The notes beneath the pieces were generated by a model. The model saw only the letters and a list, made by a program, of their open reading frames with translations, had not been told where the DNA came from and ran no database searches. This document shows positions 9,466 to 19,884 of a DNA stretch of 64,000 nt, one piece after another. The position numbers and the translations under genes were made by a program. How positions within the stretch are numbered: position 1 is the first letter of the stretch; each line of letters opens with the position of its first letter. This DNA is from Candidatus Eiseniibacteriota bacterium (GTDB taxonomy: Bacteria; Eisenbacteria; RBG-16-71-46; CAIMUX01; WJJG01), in assembly GCA_023129715.1 (NCBI GenBank), contig JAGMBO010000049.1, positions 53,600 through 117,599 of the forward strand. The letters are read 5' to 3'.

Positions 9466-10104
9466 ATGAAGAGACAAATCCCGATCATGCTGGCGATCAT
9501 CGCAAGCGTCTGTCCGGTGATCGCGTTCTTCTTCCCCGACCGGTGGATCAATGAGTGGTTCAACCAGAGGCTCGACGCGTGGATGGTGATCATCGCCAGC
9601 TTCGCCCTGTTGCTGGGGATCGTCAGCATGATCCAGGTCAACATCCACAAGATCCGCCGCCGGGCGAGGGGTTGGGGCTTCAGCATTATCATTCTCGTGA
9701 CCTTCACGCTGATGGCGGCCTTTGGCCTCTTCGGTGGCCAGGGGGAGCGAGCCGACGGCAGTCTCTATCCCTTCACCTGGATGTTCCAGTTCGTCTTCTC
9801 GCCGTTGCAGGCGACGATGTTCTCGCTGCTGGCCTTCTATGTCGCCTCCGCTTCCTACCGGGCCTTCCGCGTGCGCAACGTGGAGGCGACCCTGCTGCTG
9901 ATCGGGGCGTTGATCATCATGGTGGGCCGGATTCCGCTGGGGACCCTGATTCATCCGTTGGTTCCCGACATTGCGGAGTGGGTGATGAAGTTCCCCAATA
10001 CGGCCGCACAGCGCGGGATCATCATCGGCGCCGCGCTCGGGGCGGCGTCGATGTCGGTGCGCGTGATGGTGGGGATCGAGCGGCCCTACATGGGGAAGAG
10101 CTAG
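9466..10104 (+). CDS. Polytopic membrane protein B (212 aa), paralogue of 11023-11673
   Basis: Five to six hydrophobic helices. Matches the gene-4 product: YVASASYRAFRVRNVEATLLLIGAL vs FGASFGYTVMGRISLLIGRL. Confidence 0.6.
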   Translation: MKRQIPIMLAIIASVCPVIAFFFPDRWINEWFNQRLDAWMVIIASFALLLGIVSMIQVNIHKIRRRARGWGFSIIILVTFTLMAAFGLFGGQGERADGSLYPFTWMFQFVFSPLQATMFSLLAFYVASASYRAFRVRNVEATLLLIGALIIMVGRIPLGTLIHPLVPDIAEWVMKFPNTAAQRGIIIGAALGAASMSVRVMVGIERPYMGKS

Positions 10105-10168
10105 GCATGCGCGCGATCCAAGCCGGAGACCGGTGTCGGCTGGTTAATAAGCGATGTGAGGTGGATGC

Positions 10169-11023
10169 ATGAGCTGGGCAGACAGACTGCTATTCGTGGA
10201 CCGGAGGATCATCTTCCTCTTCGTCTTCGTCGGGGCACTCGTGCCGATCATCGCACCGATCGGCCTCGGCGTGACCGTCTCCCCCCCGGTGCAACAAGTC
10301 TTCGATCGGATCGAGGAGATGCAGCCCGGGGATGCGGTGATGATCGCATTCGATTATGGTCCCTCGGACGGCCCCGAGCTCGACCCGATGGCCAACTCGA
10401 TCCTGCGTCATTGCCACTTCCGCGGGGTCAAGGTAGTCGGCCTCTCGCTCTTTCCGCTGGGGGGCGTCGACATGGCGATTGCGCGCATGCGCCAGCTCGC
10501 CGATGAGCTCGGAGCCGCCGACGGCGTCGGCTGGGTCAACCTGGGCTACAAGGATGGAGCCCAGGCCCCGATGAAGGCGATGGGCGAGAATATCGCCAGC
10601 GTCTTCCCTACCGATGCCAACGGCGTGCCCTATGAAGAGATCGCCATGCTCGAGGGCCTCCGCAACTACAACAACTTCGAGATGGCCATCTCCCTCGCCA
10701 CCAGCATCCTCGGCGAGTGGTGGATCAACCTGGTCAACGCGCAGTTCGGCATCGACGTCGCCATCGGCACTACCGCCGTCTCCGCGCCGAAATATTACGC
10801 CTACATGGAGGCTAAGCAGACTCTGGGCGTGATCGGCGGCATGAAGGGCGCCTCGGAGTACGAAGAACTCGTTGAGCGCCACTATCCGCAGGCCAAGGGG
10901 CTTTCCCGAACGGCGACGATGGGGATGGACGTGCAGTCGATTGTCCATCTGGTCATCATCTTCTTCATCCTCTTCGGAAATCTGATGTTCATCGTGACGC
11001 GCGGGAAGAAGGAGGCGAAGTAA
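10169..11023 (+). CDS. Membrane protein C: N-terminal TM, soluble domain homologous to the A domain, C-terminal TM
   Basis: N-terminal helix IIFLFVFVGALVPIIAPIGL. C-terminal helix IVHLVIIFFILFGNLMFIV. GC3 bias favours the + frame over antisense ORF 10190-10948. Confidence 0.6.
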   Translation: MSWADRLLFVDRRIIFLFVFVGALVPIIAPIGLGVTVSPPVQQVFDRIEEMQPGDAVMIAFDYGPSDGPELDPMANSILRHCHFRGVKVVGLSLFPLGGVDMAIARMRQLADELGAADGVGWVNLGYKDGAQAPMKAMGENIASVFPTDANGVPYEEIAMLEGLRNYNNFEMAISLATSILGEWWINLVNAQFGIDVAIGTTAVSAPKYYAYMEAKQTLGVIGGMKGASEYEELVERHYPQAKGLSRTATMGMDVQSIVHLVIIFFILFGNLMFIVTRGKKEAK

Positions 11024-11673
11024 TGGAGCTGCAACTGCCTGGGTTCGGTCAGTGGATCGCAGCGTTCTTCACGCTCTTTGTCTTCAGCTTCCTCTACAAG
11101 GATAACATCCTCTATCGCTTTGCCGAGAGTGTCTTTGCCGGCGTATCATTCGGGTACTATATCGGACTGGCGTATATCAATACGCTGGAACCTAACCTGT
11201 TCAGCCCCCTCTTCGGGGATTTCTCGTCAAACTGGTCCTTGTTGATTCCCTTCGCATTTGGGGTGCTCCTCTACCTCCGGTACGTTCCGAAACTCGCCTG
11301 GATCTCGCAGTGGTCGCTGGCGGTCTATATCGGGTACTACATCGGCGTCAACTTGCTCCAGCGACTGCACGGAGAAATCCTGCCGCAGACGAAGGGAACG
11401 ATGCTGCCGCTGAACGTCGAGTTCGGCCAGCTGATCGGCAACTTGGTGGTGATCGTCGGTGTGATCACAGTGTTGATCTACTTCTTCTTCTCGAGTCCGC
11501 ATCGGGGACCGCTGAAGCCCGCCGCGCGCACGGGGATCTATTTCCTGATGATCTCCTTCGGCGCGAGCTTTGGCTATACGGTGATGGGCCGTATCTCCCT
11601 GCTGATCGGCCGGTTGACCTTCCTCGTCGACGAGTGGGCGCGGCCGCTGGTCGCGACGGTCTTCGGCGGCTAG
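11023..11673 (+). CDS. Polytopic membrane protein B' (216 aa), paralogue of 9466-10104
   Basis: Start overlaps the stop of the previous gene (translational coupling). Multi-TM. Similar to B as noted above. Confidence 0.6.
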   Translation: MELQLPGFGQWIAAFFTLFVFSFLYKDNILYRFAESVFAGVSFGYYIGLAYINTLEPNLFSPLFGDFSSNWSLLIPFAFGVLLYLRYVPKLAWISQWSLAVYIGYYIGVNLLQRLHGEILPQTKGTMLPLNVEFGQLIGNLVVIVGVITVLIYFFFSSPHRGPLKPAARTGIYFLMISFGASFGYTVMGRISLLIGRLTFLVDEWARPLVATVFGG

Positions 11674-11704
11674 CGGGGCACGGGCCTTCAAGGAACGGCG
11701 TGCG

Positions 11705-12469
11705 ATGCCCGGTTCAGTCCGCAAAGCTCAGATCCGCCAGCGAGTCTGGGAGCGCCTCACCCGCGAGGGGGTGGCGCTCTTCCCGGGTGCCTATGGGCGC
11801 ACGCCCCGTTTTCGCGGCCAGGACCGAGGCATCGCGCTGCTGCGGGATCTCCCCGTCTGGCATGCGGCGCGGCGCATCCTCGTCCAACCCGACCTGGGGC
11901 TCGAGCAAGTCCGGCGCCAAGTGCTCGCCGACGGCAGGACGTTGATCGTTCCCGATCTCTCGCGCACGGAGCCGGGGTGGATCCTCGAGGTTGCCCCCGG
12001 TGAACCCCTCCCGGCATTCGGCCTCGGGGTCCCCGGCCGGGCCGCCAAGGAGACGGCGGCGCAGCACTACCTGCGGGGGTCCGCGACGGCGCCGGTCGAT
12101 CTGTTGATCGTCGGAGCGGTGGCGGTCGACCGCCGGGGCACGCGCATCGGCCGGGGCTTGGGCAGCGCCGATCTCGTCTATGCCCTGGGGCGTGACCGGG
12201 GCTTTGTACGCCCCGAGACGCCGGTGGTCGTGCTCGTTCACCCGCTGCAATTCTTTGACGAGCATACGGATAGAGAGCCGACCGACCTTCCGATCGATAT
12301 CGTGGTGACCCCCGCTGAGGTCGTCGCGGTGCAGGCCGTGGTGATGCGGCCCAAGGGACTCCACCCGCGCATGATCACACCCGAGCGCCTCGGCCGCTTC
12401 CCCGGACTGCGCCGCATCCTTGAGCGTGAGGGGATCGACCTGCCGCCGGGCGTGGTTCCTCAGGGCTGA
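11705..12469 (+). CDS. 5-formyltetrahydrofolate cyclo-ligase family protein
   Basis: N-terminus IRQRVWERL. Block VDLLIVGAVAVDRRGTRIGRGLGSADLVY matches the D..G.RlG.G.GyYD signature. At 254 aa it is longer than typical. Confidence 0.55.
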   Translation: MPGSVRKAQIRQRVWERLTREGVALFPGAYGRTPRFRGQDRGIALLRDLPVWHAARRILVQPDLGLEQVRRQVLADGRTLIVPDLSRTEPGWILEVAPGEPLPAFGLGVPGRAAKETAAQHYLRGSATAPVDLLIVGAVAVDRRGTRIGRGLGSADLVYALGRDRGFVRPETPVVVLVHPLQFFDEHTDREPTDLPIDIVVTPAEVVAVQAVVMRPKGLHPRMITPERLGRFPGLRRILEREGIDLPPGVVPQG

Positions 12470-12703
12470 GAGCCTCTCCCGCTGGTCTCGCCCCCCCCGC
12501 CCCACACACGCCGGTTCTTGCTAGTCCTCAGCAGCCTCTCCGCGCATATCCCGGATCTCCGCCGTTCATGGAGAAGCCCCCCGAGCGGGTCGATCTATCA
12601 GTTGCGGGCCGTCTGCCGCGGGCGATAGGCTCGGTGTTCGGGTTTGAGCGGCCCCGCCCGTGTGCATCGGGTGGAAGAGGACAGCGCAGGAAGGAGCAGG
12701 ACG

Positions 12704-13666
12704 ATGGGGATCTTCGACGGGTTGTTCGGCAAGAAGAAGATGGCGGCTCCGACGCCCGTCGCGCGGCGGCCGTTGATGGCCCCCGGGGGAATGGGCAAGC
12801 GCCCCGATCCGCTCTACGACGAGATGAACAACTACATCATCGTGATCCTCGATAGTTGCCGCTACGATTCCTTCCTGGCGGCCGAGCCGAAGGTGATCAC
12901 CAAGCTCGGGCCGGTCGAGCGCCGCTGGAGCTACGCTTCCTGGACGGCTCCCTCGCATTACAACCTGCTGATGGGCCTGCTGCCCCACACCAGCCCACCG
13001 CACGTCTATGCTTCCGACTATTACAAGGAGGACTTCATTCGCTTCAACGAGCGCTTCGGGGCCAAGGATATCGAGTTCGCCAGCTTTGTGCCCCACCTCT
13101 TCATGCCGACCTACTTGCGCAAGACGCTCGGCTACTTCACACACGCCAAGGTCTCATTGCCGGTTCTCAATCCCAAGACACCGATCAACCGCGACTTCGA
13201 TACCTTCAAGCTGATGGAGAAGCACAACGACATGAACGCGATGCTCGACGAGATGACCTTCTCGAGCGAGCGGCCCTCCTTCTATCTCTTCAACGTTGGT
13301 GAGACGCACTATCCCTACGCCCGTCCGACGGAGCCGAAGAACCTCTGGCCCCGCCTGAGTGGCGTCCATGGCGTCTTCAAACATCTCGACGACCATGTTA
13401 CCGAAGGCAAGTTGAAGGATGGAGGCAAGACAGAGCCCTTCTTCGACCAGGAGAAGCTCGATATCCTGCGTGGCCGCCAGATCGATACGATCCAATATCT
13501 CGAGGAGGTCTTCACACGCCTCTACGACATGGTGCCGAAGAATACCTACATCACCGTGACCTCCGACCATGGCGAGCTTTTCGGCGAGGAGGGCTACTTC
13601 GGCCACGGACCCATCCAGCACGACAAGGTTTACGAGGTGCCTTTCCTCGAGGGCAAGATCCGCTAG
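12704..13666 (+). CDS. Alkaline-phosphatase/sulfatase superfamily protein (metal-dependent hydrolase or transferase)
   Basis: Start MGIFDG with AGGAG ribosome-binding site. VILDSCRYDSF has a Cys/Ser nucleophile-like context. Metal-binding TSDHGE block near the C-terminus. Confidence 0.45.
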   Translation: MGIFDGLFGKKKMAAPTPVARRPLMAPGGMGKRPDPLYDEMNNYIIVILDSCRYDSFLAAEPKVITKLGPVERRWSYASWTAPSHYNLLMGLLPHTSPPHVYASDYYKEDFIRFNERFGAKDIEFASFVPHLFMPTYLRKTLGYFTHAKVSLPVLNPKTPINRDFDTFKLMEKHNDMNAMLDEMTFSSERPSFYLFNVGETHYPYARPTEPKNLWPRLSGVHGVFKHLDDHVTEGKLKDGGKTEPFFDQEKLDILRGRQIDTIQYLEEVFTRLYDMVPKNTYITVTSDHGELFGEEGYFGHGPIQHDKVYEVPFLEGKIR

Positions 13667-14021
13667 TTCCGGGGGATCGATCTGGGCATGGGCAGGCGCG
13701 GGAATGCATAGGCATTTGTATCCTCCCTCTCTGGCTACCAATCCCCGAAACCGACCTCGATGCCCATTCACGGCGCCCGCCGAGGCGGCCGAACGCCCGT
13801 GATAACCACCAATCCCCGGTCGCGACACCCCTGCCTCCGTCAACTGCCGGCCGCGGGCTGCCAGCCGAGCTTCCACGCTCAGACGGCACCGGTTTCCGGA
13901 CAGACCTCGCCCGTCACCGCCGATAAGCGGGGCTGAACTGGACTACACTTGTGCGCTCATGTGATCTCTCTCTCAACACACCCGGTGAGCCGGTGGAGCC
14001 CGGCACCTCTCAGGATGCCCC

Positions 14022-14606
14022 CTACGCGATCTTCTCCACCGGGCCGGCAGCTTCCGCCGGTGGTCCGCGCCGCTCGAACGGGTCTCGTCCTCCTGTGCGC
14101 GTGATGCTTTTCAGGATCTTGTCGACTACCTCGGGCTCTGTGATCACCGAAACCACCTTCATTCCCGACCCGCATTTGGGGCACAAAAGCGGGTCGATCT
14201 CGAAGATCCCGTGGAGCAGCCGCGCCCAGCTTGGCTGCGGGCGACGATACGCCTCCTCGCCTTCCGGAAGTCCTGCAGGTGGGCCACACGCCGCCGCCCC
14301 CGACGCTGCCGGATCCTCGGCCTCCTTCCCCGCGTTCTGGATCGCATTGCGTTTCCGATTCGCGTAGGCGCCATGGTAGCGAACCTGATGGGAGTAGGGA
14401 AACGAGACCAGGGCGGCCAGTCGTCGGAGAAAGTCGAGCGGTTCGAGGAGCAGATGGGTGGCCCATTGTTCATTCGGCCAAGGACGGCGCATGCGGTAGA
14501 CAATCTTCCCGTCCGGACGCCGGGAGAGGCGCTCCGCGGAGAATGGAGCACGAAGTCCGGTGTCACCAATGGTCGCATACGGACCAAGAAAGACACAGTA
14601 GATCAC
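14022..14606 (-). pseudogene. IS91-family (Y2) transposase, C-terminal fragment only; N-terminal half missing
   Basis: LDFLRRLAALVSFPYSHQVRYHGAYANRKR matches the IS91 block (FirRl..HvlPkgfhkiRYyG...r). Terminal CPKCGSGMKVV zinc ribbon. At ~195 aa against ~400 for intact IS91 TnpA. The missing 5' part would overlap pepF. Confidence 0.7.
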
Positions 14607-14698
14607 CGAACAATGGCAGTCACCGTTTCAGCCCCTGGCCAATCGGGATGCGACCTGCTACGATCCTCTGACTCCGTCATTCATCAAGGAGGGAAGGC

Positions 14699-16510
14699 AT
14701 GCCGCAGATGACCGAGAAGCTGCCGCGCTGGGACATGAGCAACGTCTATCCCGGCCTCGAATCGGATGAACTGGAGCGGGATCTGAGCCGGCTCCGGGAA
14801 GACCTGGAGACCCTCGACGGCTTCGTGCAGGCCAAGGGGATCGGGCGGCTGGAGCAGCCGCCCATGGATCTCGCGGCGGCCGCGGAGACGCTCGATGCGT
14901 TCATCGGTCGCTACAACGATATCGCCCGGGTGATGCAGACCGTGATCGCCTACACCTACGGTTTCCTGACAACCGATTCCTACAACAAGGTTGCCGCCCG
15001 CAGAATGAGCGAACTCGAGCAACTCGAGATCCGTCTGCAGAAATGCCGCGTGCGCCTGCAGGGCTGGATCGGCTCGCTCGGCTCGGTTCTGCCCCAGATC
15101 TGCGAACAGGCCCCGGTAGCCCGAGAGCACCGCGCAGTGCTCGACTTGCTCCAGGAACAGAGCCGCTATCTGATGCGTGCTGATCTGGAAGATCTGGCGG
15201 CCGAACTGCAGCTTTCCGGCGGTGGCGCCGTCTGGAAACTACAGGGCACCGTCACCAGCCAGCTGAAAGTTCCCTTCGAGCAGGATGGGAAAGAGACCGA
15301 ACTGCCGATCACCAAGATCCGCAATCTGGCCTACGACCCCGACGAGAGCGTGCGGCGGCGTGCCTACGAGGCCGAACTGAAGGCCTGGGAATCGGTTCGC
15401 GAGCCGGTCGCCTTCGCGATGAATAGCGTCAAGGGCTCGGCGGTCACGCTTTCCAGGTGGCGTGGCCGCGACGATGTCCTCCACGAGGCACTCGATCGCA
15501 ATCGGATCGATCGCGACACCCTCGAGGCTCTGCTGGCGGCGATGCGGGATTCCTTCCCCGATTTCCGGCGCTACTTCCTGAGCAAGGCGCACAAGCTCGG
15601 CAAGCAGCGGCTGCCCTGGTGGGACCTCTTTGCTCCGGTCGGAAAAGCGAACCTGAGCTACACTTGGGAAGAAGCGCGTGACTACATCGTCACCCAATTC
15701 GGGCGTTTCGACGACGAGCTGGCCGAGTTCGCCCGCCGAGCCTTCGCCGGAAACTGGATCGATGCCGAGCCACGCGACGGCAAGCGCGGCGGGGCTTTCT
15801 GCATGGGGCTGCCCGCGGTCGAGGAATCGCGGGTGCTCGCCAATTTCGACGGCAGCTTTGATCAGGTGGTTACCCTGGCCCACGAATTGGGGCATGGGTT
15901 TCACAACCACTGCCAGCGCGGCCTGCCGATGATGCGGCGCGGGGCCCCGATGACGCTGGCCGAGACCGCCTCGATCTTCTGCGAGACGATCGTCTTCAAT
16001 GCGGCCCTCGCCGATGCCCCCGAGGAGGCTCGGCTCTTCATCTTGGAGAACCAGTTGATCGGATCGAGCCAGGTCGTGGTCGATATCTACGCGCGCTTCC
16101 GCTTCGAGTCCGAAGTGCTCAAACGGCGCGCACAGTCCGAGCTGAGTGCGGATGAGTTCAACGAGTTGATCCTTGCCGCCCAGAAGGAAGCCTATGGCGA
16201 GGTCCTGGACGAGGAACATCTCCATCCCTATATGTGGCTGCTCAAGCCCCACTACTACGACGAGCGGCACTTCTACAACTACCCGTATGCCTTCGGGCTG
16301 CTCTTCGGACTGGGCATGTATGCCCGGTATCGGCAGGAAGGCCCGGCCTTCATTCCGCGCTACAAGGAGCTGTTGCGCGGCACGGCCGAGGGCAAGGTCG
16401 CCGAGCTCGCCGGGCGGTTTGATATCGATGTTCGCGAGAAGGGGTTCTGGGCCGACAGCCTGGCGATCATTCGCGAGCAAATCGACCGCTACTGCGAGCT
16501 GGCGCCGTAG
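14699..16510 (+). CDS. pepF: Oligoendopeptidase F, M3B family
   Basis: 603 aa. HEXXH zinc motif HELGHGFH. M3B-typical length and architecture. Confidence 0.85.
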   Translation: MPQMTEKLPRWDMSNVYPGLESDELERDLSRLREDLETLDGFVQAKGIGRLEQPPMDLAAAAETLDAFIGRYNDIARVMQTVIAYTYGFLTTDSYNKVAARRMSELEQLEIRLQKCRVRLQGWIGSLGSVLPQICEQAPVAREHRAVLDLLQEQSRYLMRADLEDLAAELQLSGGGAVWKLQGTVTSQLKVPFEQDGKETELPITKIRNLAYDPDESVRRRAYEAELKAWESVREPVAFAMNSVKGSAVTLSRWRGRDDVLHEALDRNRIDRDTLEALLAAMRDSFPDFRRYFLSKAHKLGKQRLPWWDLFAPVGKANLSYTWEEARDYIVTQFGRFDDELAEFARRAFAGNWIDAEPRDGKRGGAFCMGLPAVEESRVLANFDGSFDQVVTLAHELGHGFHNHCQRGLPMMRRGAPMTLAETASIFCETIVFNAALADAPEEARLFILENQLIGSSQVVVDIYARFRFESEVLKRRAQSELSADEFNELILAAQKEAYGEVLDEEHLHPYMWLLKPHYYDERHFYNYPYAFGLLFGLGMYARYRQEGPAFIPRYKELLRGTAEGKVAELAGRFDIDVREKGFWADSLAIIREQIDRYCELAP

Positions 16511-16531
16511 GCATGTCGAGCGCAGCGCGAC

Positions 16532-17641
16532 CTACCTGACGGGCACGGGGCGGAAGCGCGCCTTGATCCCACCCCAGGTGGATGTCTGCACAGGAGCAGG
16601 CAAGCAGTTCACCCCCCAGGCGCCCAGCAGATCGCAGGCCGCATTGGGTGCGACAAAGGGGGCGCAGACGGAGGTCTCCTGGAGACCGAAGTCCCCGGCC
16701 AGCGGATTACAGAACAAGGGATGCTCGCTGATATTTCCCTGGCTTAGATAGAAGCTGCCGATGGGCCAGGCCCAATCGCCGCCCTCGTTGCCGTAGAAGT
16801 CACAACAGTGGCAGTGGAGGATGCTGCCCGTATCAACATCGAGAGCCTTGCCACCGCTGCCGAAGGCGACGATCGACCGCTCGATCGTGACCGTGGAGGT
16901 CTCGATCCCGATACCGGACGCGCAGGGGCCGCTGTTGAAGGCCAGCGTGCAGTTCTCGATGACGCCCTCCATGTCCCGCACGTAGATCGCGCCGCCGCAG
17001 CCGTCGGCCCTGTTGTCGTAGAAGGTGCAGCCTTGGATCTTGTTGAAGGCTCCGCCCAGAGCGCCGCCGTGCGTTGCGGAGTTGCCGTAGAACCGGCAGC
17101 CGATCACCGTGGCCAGACCGAAGGAATAGACTGCTCCACCGCTGCTGCCCCAATCCCAGCCGTCGATTGCGCGATTATCGATGAAGATACATCGTAGGAT
17201 CGTAAGCGCTGCGGGCTCGCAACGGATCGCGCCGCCGTGGTTCCAGATCCAGTCATCTGCGCAGCAGTTCGTCAAGGTCACTTCCTGCAATACCGTGGAC
17301 GGGAATTCACCACTGTGCAGGTAGAACCCCCGGTGTCTCCCCCCGCCGTCGATGATGCAGGTCTCGGCGTGTCCGCCGGCCGAGCGGATCGTGATTGCCT
17401 TGCCCAGATAGTCGAGATCCCAATTGCCCGGTCCGGTGAAGGTGCCTGAGTTCAACTCGATAATGTCGCCATGGCTGGCGGCGTCGATCGCCGCCTGGAT
17501 CGTCGGGAAGTCTCCGCTGCCGTCCGGACAGACGAGACAGAGGTCGGCCCAGACGTTCTGCGGCATCCCACCAGCTATACCGAACAGGGCGATGAGGATG
17601 AGTGTGACTGCGGGTGGGGCGGAACAGCGGCTCCAGGTCAT
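16532..17641 (-). CDS. Secreted right-handed parallel beta-helix (pectate-lyase-fold) protein
   Basis: Signal peptide LILIALFGIAGG. Repeated Gly/Asn-rich beta-helix coils (GGAIY, GGAL, CGGAI). No C-terminal sorting domain. Confidence 0.55.
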   Translation of the reverse strand: MTWSRCSAPPAVTLILIALFGIAGGMPQNVWADLCLVCPDGSGDFPTIQAAIDAASHGDIIELNSGTFTGPGNWDLDYLGKAITIRSAGGHAETCIIDGGGRHRGFYLHSGEFPSTVLQEVTLTNCCADDWIWNHGGAIRCEPAALTILRCIFIDNRAIDGWDWGSSGGAVYSFGLATVIGCRFYGNSATHGGALGGAFNKIQGCTFYDNRADGCGGAIYVRDMEGVIENCTLAFNSGPCASGIGIETSTVTIERSIVAFGSGGKALDVDTGSILHCHCCDFYGNEGGDWAWPIGSFYLSQGNISEHPLFCNPLAGDFGLQETSVCAPFVAPNAACDLLGAWGVNCLPAPVQTSTWGGIKARFRPVPVR

Positions 17642-17919
17642 GACCGGACCTCCCGTGTGGCGCGGCGACAGTCGTGGGACAACAATCCCGGATAGGTCCG
17701 CGCAGGCTGCTCACCAACGAGGCTCGTTCATAGTATAGGGACCTGAGCGAGTGTGCGGCACAAACCGCCGAAGTGTCACTCCGGGAGCAGGTTGCACATT
17801 GGAAGGGCTTGGTGCGTCCTCTGAATCATATCGCACGATTTCGCAGAGCCACGCGCGTGGCCACAGCCTTCGCTGAGAGGTGGCGTGAGGCAGCATTGTC
17901 GGCAATCACGCGAAGCGAT

Positions 17920-19731
17920 TTAGAGCGGCCAGAAGATCGGGATCACCAGAGTCGCCGTGATCCAGAGGACGATGGTCAGCGGCAGCCCGACGCGCAGGTA
18001 ATCGCTGAAGGTATATCCCCCAGGGCCCATGACGATCATATTGGTCTGATAGCCGATGGGGGTGGCGAAGCTCGCGCTGGCGCCGAAGGCGACCGCGATC
18101 ATCAGAGGATGGGGATCGATGCCCAGGTCTGCCGCGAGGCGGAAGGCGATCGGCGTTAGCAGCACCGCGGCGGCATGGTTCGAGAGAAACGCGGTCAGGA
18201 CCGCGGTCATCAGATAGAGGGTTGAGATCAGCATCCAAGGGTGCGAGGGGTCGATCCAGTGCAGCAAGACTGAGACGATCTGCTCGGCAAGGCCCGTCTT
18301 GAGCATGGCGACACCGAGCGGAATCGTTCCTGCCAGGAGCATCAGCGTCGTCAGATCCAGGGATTGCAGCGCCTCGTCGAGCCGCAGGCAGCGAGTCCCG
18401 AGCATCAGGCCTACCCCGACGAGAGCCGAGATGACCAACGGGAGGCCGAAGACGCTCGCCGAGATGACCACGGCGGCCATGATGGCGACGGCGATCGGCA
18501 TACGCTGACGACGATGAACAGTCTGTTCGACTCCCTCGACGACCAGCACGGCGCCCGTCTCGCGTAGGGCCGCGAATCCATTGTCGTCGGATTGGAGCAA
18601 GAGCACATCACCCGGCTGCAGGCGCATCGCACGGATCTGATAACGGTGCGCGCGGCCGCGGCGCTGAACGGCCATCACCTTGACGCCGTAGAGACGGTTG
18701 AGGCCCAAATCACGCACCGCCCGCCCGATGAAGCGGGAGTCGGGGAGCACGACGGCCTCGACGAGGCGCAACTGCAGCGTCTTCATCGGCACGCGCTGCT
18801 CGTCCTCGACGACCGAGGCGAGTTCAATGCCGGAGAAGGAAGCCAGGAAACGGGCGATCTCCTGCGGGCTTCCCTCGACGATCAGCGCATCGTCGGACTC
18901 CAAGGTCAAGTTCTCGGCGCGGGTTGCCATGAAGAGCTCTTCATTGCGGATCAACTCGCGCAGTTGCACAGAGCCGCCGCCGGAGAAGACCTCCCCGACG
19001 TTCCGTCCGATCAGGGGGCTGTCGGGCTGCAGAACGACCTCGGTGACGAAGGTCGCGTCGCGCTGTTGGGTGAGAAAGACCGAGAGAGAGGCGCGCTCGG
19101 GCAGCAATCGGGGCGCGAGCAAGATGACCACAGCCGCGCCGACGACCAAGTAGACCAGGCCGACGGAGGTGAAGTCGAAGACGTTGAAGCCGGGGCCGCC
19201 GGCTCTGCGAAAGAGGTCGTCGATCAGGAGATTGGTTCCGGTACCGATCAGCGTGCAGGTACCGCCAAGAATCGAGAAGTAGCTGACCGGTATCAACAAC
19301 TTGCTCGCCTGGAGTCGTGTTCTCCGGCAAGCGGTCATGATTACCGGGATCATGATCACGACGACGGGGGTGTTGTTCATGAATGCGCTTGAGAGAGCGA
19401 CGACCAGGGCGAAGGCGAGCAGCAGTCGCGGCAGGCCGAGCTCGCAGTAGTTGGATAGACTGCGGCGCAGGAATTCCAGCGCGCCGGTGCGCATCAGGCC
19501 GGCGCTCAAGATGAGCATCGCCGCGACGGTGATCGTGGCGGTGCTCGAGAAGCCCTGCAGCGCCTCGTGGGGTTCCAGGATCCCGGTCAGCGCGAGGGCG
19601 GCGATAATGAAGATCGAGGTCAGTGCGATCGGCAGTAGCCGCGTGATGAAGAGGACCAGGGTGATCAGGATAATGCCTGTCAGCAGAACCGGTTCCATCG
19701 GCATCAACCGCGCCCGCCGGCCGGCGCGCAC
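17920..19731 (-). CDS. SLC13/DASS-type permease with two central TrkA-C domains
   Basis: Two membrane halves flank two ~80-aa TrkA-C-like soluble domains (...VVLPDSRFIGRAVRDLGL..., ...PDSPLIGRNVGEVF...). Confidence 0.6.
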   Translation of the reverse strand: MRAGRRARLMPMEPVLLTGIILITLVLFITRLLPIALTSIFIIAALALTGILEPHEALQGFSSTATITVAAMLILSAGLMRTGALEFLRRSLSNYCELGLPRLLLAFALVVALSSAFMNNTPVVVIMIPVIMTACRRTRLQASKLLIPVSYFSILGGTCTLIGTGTNLLIDDLFRRAGGPGFNVFDFTSVGLVYLVVGAAVVILLAPRLLPERASLSVFLTQQRDATFVTEVVLQPDSPLIGRNVGEVFSGGGSVQLRELIRNEELFMATRAENLTLESDDALIVEGSPQEIARFLASFSGIELASVVEDEQRVPMKTLQLRLVEAVVLPDSRFIGRAVRDLGLNRLYGVKVMAVQRRGRAHRYQIRAMRLQPGDVLLLQSDDNGFAALRETGAVLVVEGVEQTVHRRQRMPIAVAIMAAVVISASVFGLPLVISALVGVGLMLGTRCLRLDEALQSLDLTTLMLLAGTIPLGVAMLKTGLAEQIVSVLLHWIDPSHPWMLISTLYLMTAVLTAFLSNHAAAVLLTPIAFRLAADLGIDPHPLMIAVAFGASASFATPIGYQTNMIVMGPGGYTFSDYLRVGLPLTIVLWITATLVIPIFWPL

Positions 19732-19884
19732 GGCGCGGCCGGCGGCGAGACAGGCCCCGCGAGCCTGGAAGCCAATGGAGTCCGTCGAGAGAGCATCATC
19801 CAGTTCCCCTCTGCAGTAGGTCGGCCGCGGAGTGGGCGAGCTTTCGATCCCGCCTCTAAGCCTACGGGTGCGCCGGTGCGGGGG

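Noticed and set aside
10190-10948. 252-aa minus-strand ORF antisense to membrane protein C
   Set aside because: The plus frame has consistent GC3 bias and TM helices at both ends. The minus frame is Asp/Gly/Arg-rich with no features.
15239-16480. 413-aa minus-strand ORF
   Set aside because: Antisense to pepF, which has the HEXXH M3B signature.
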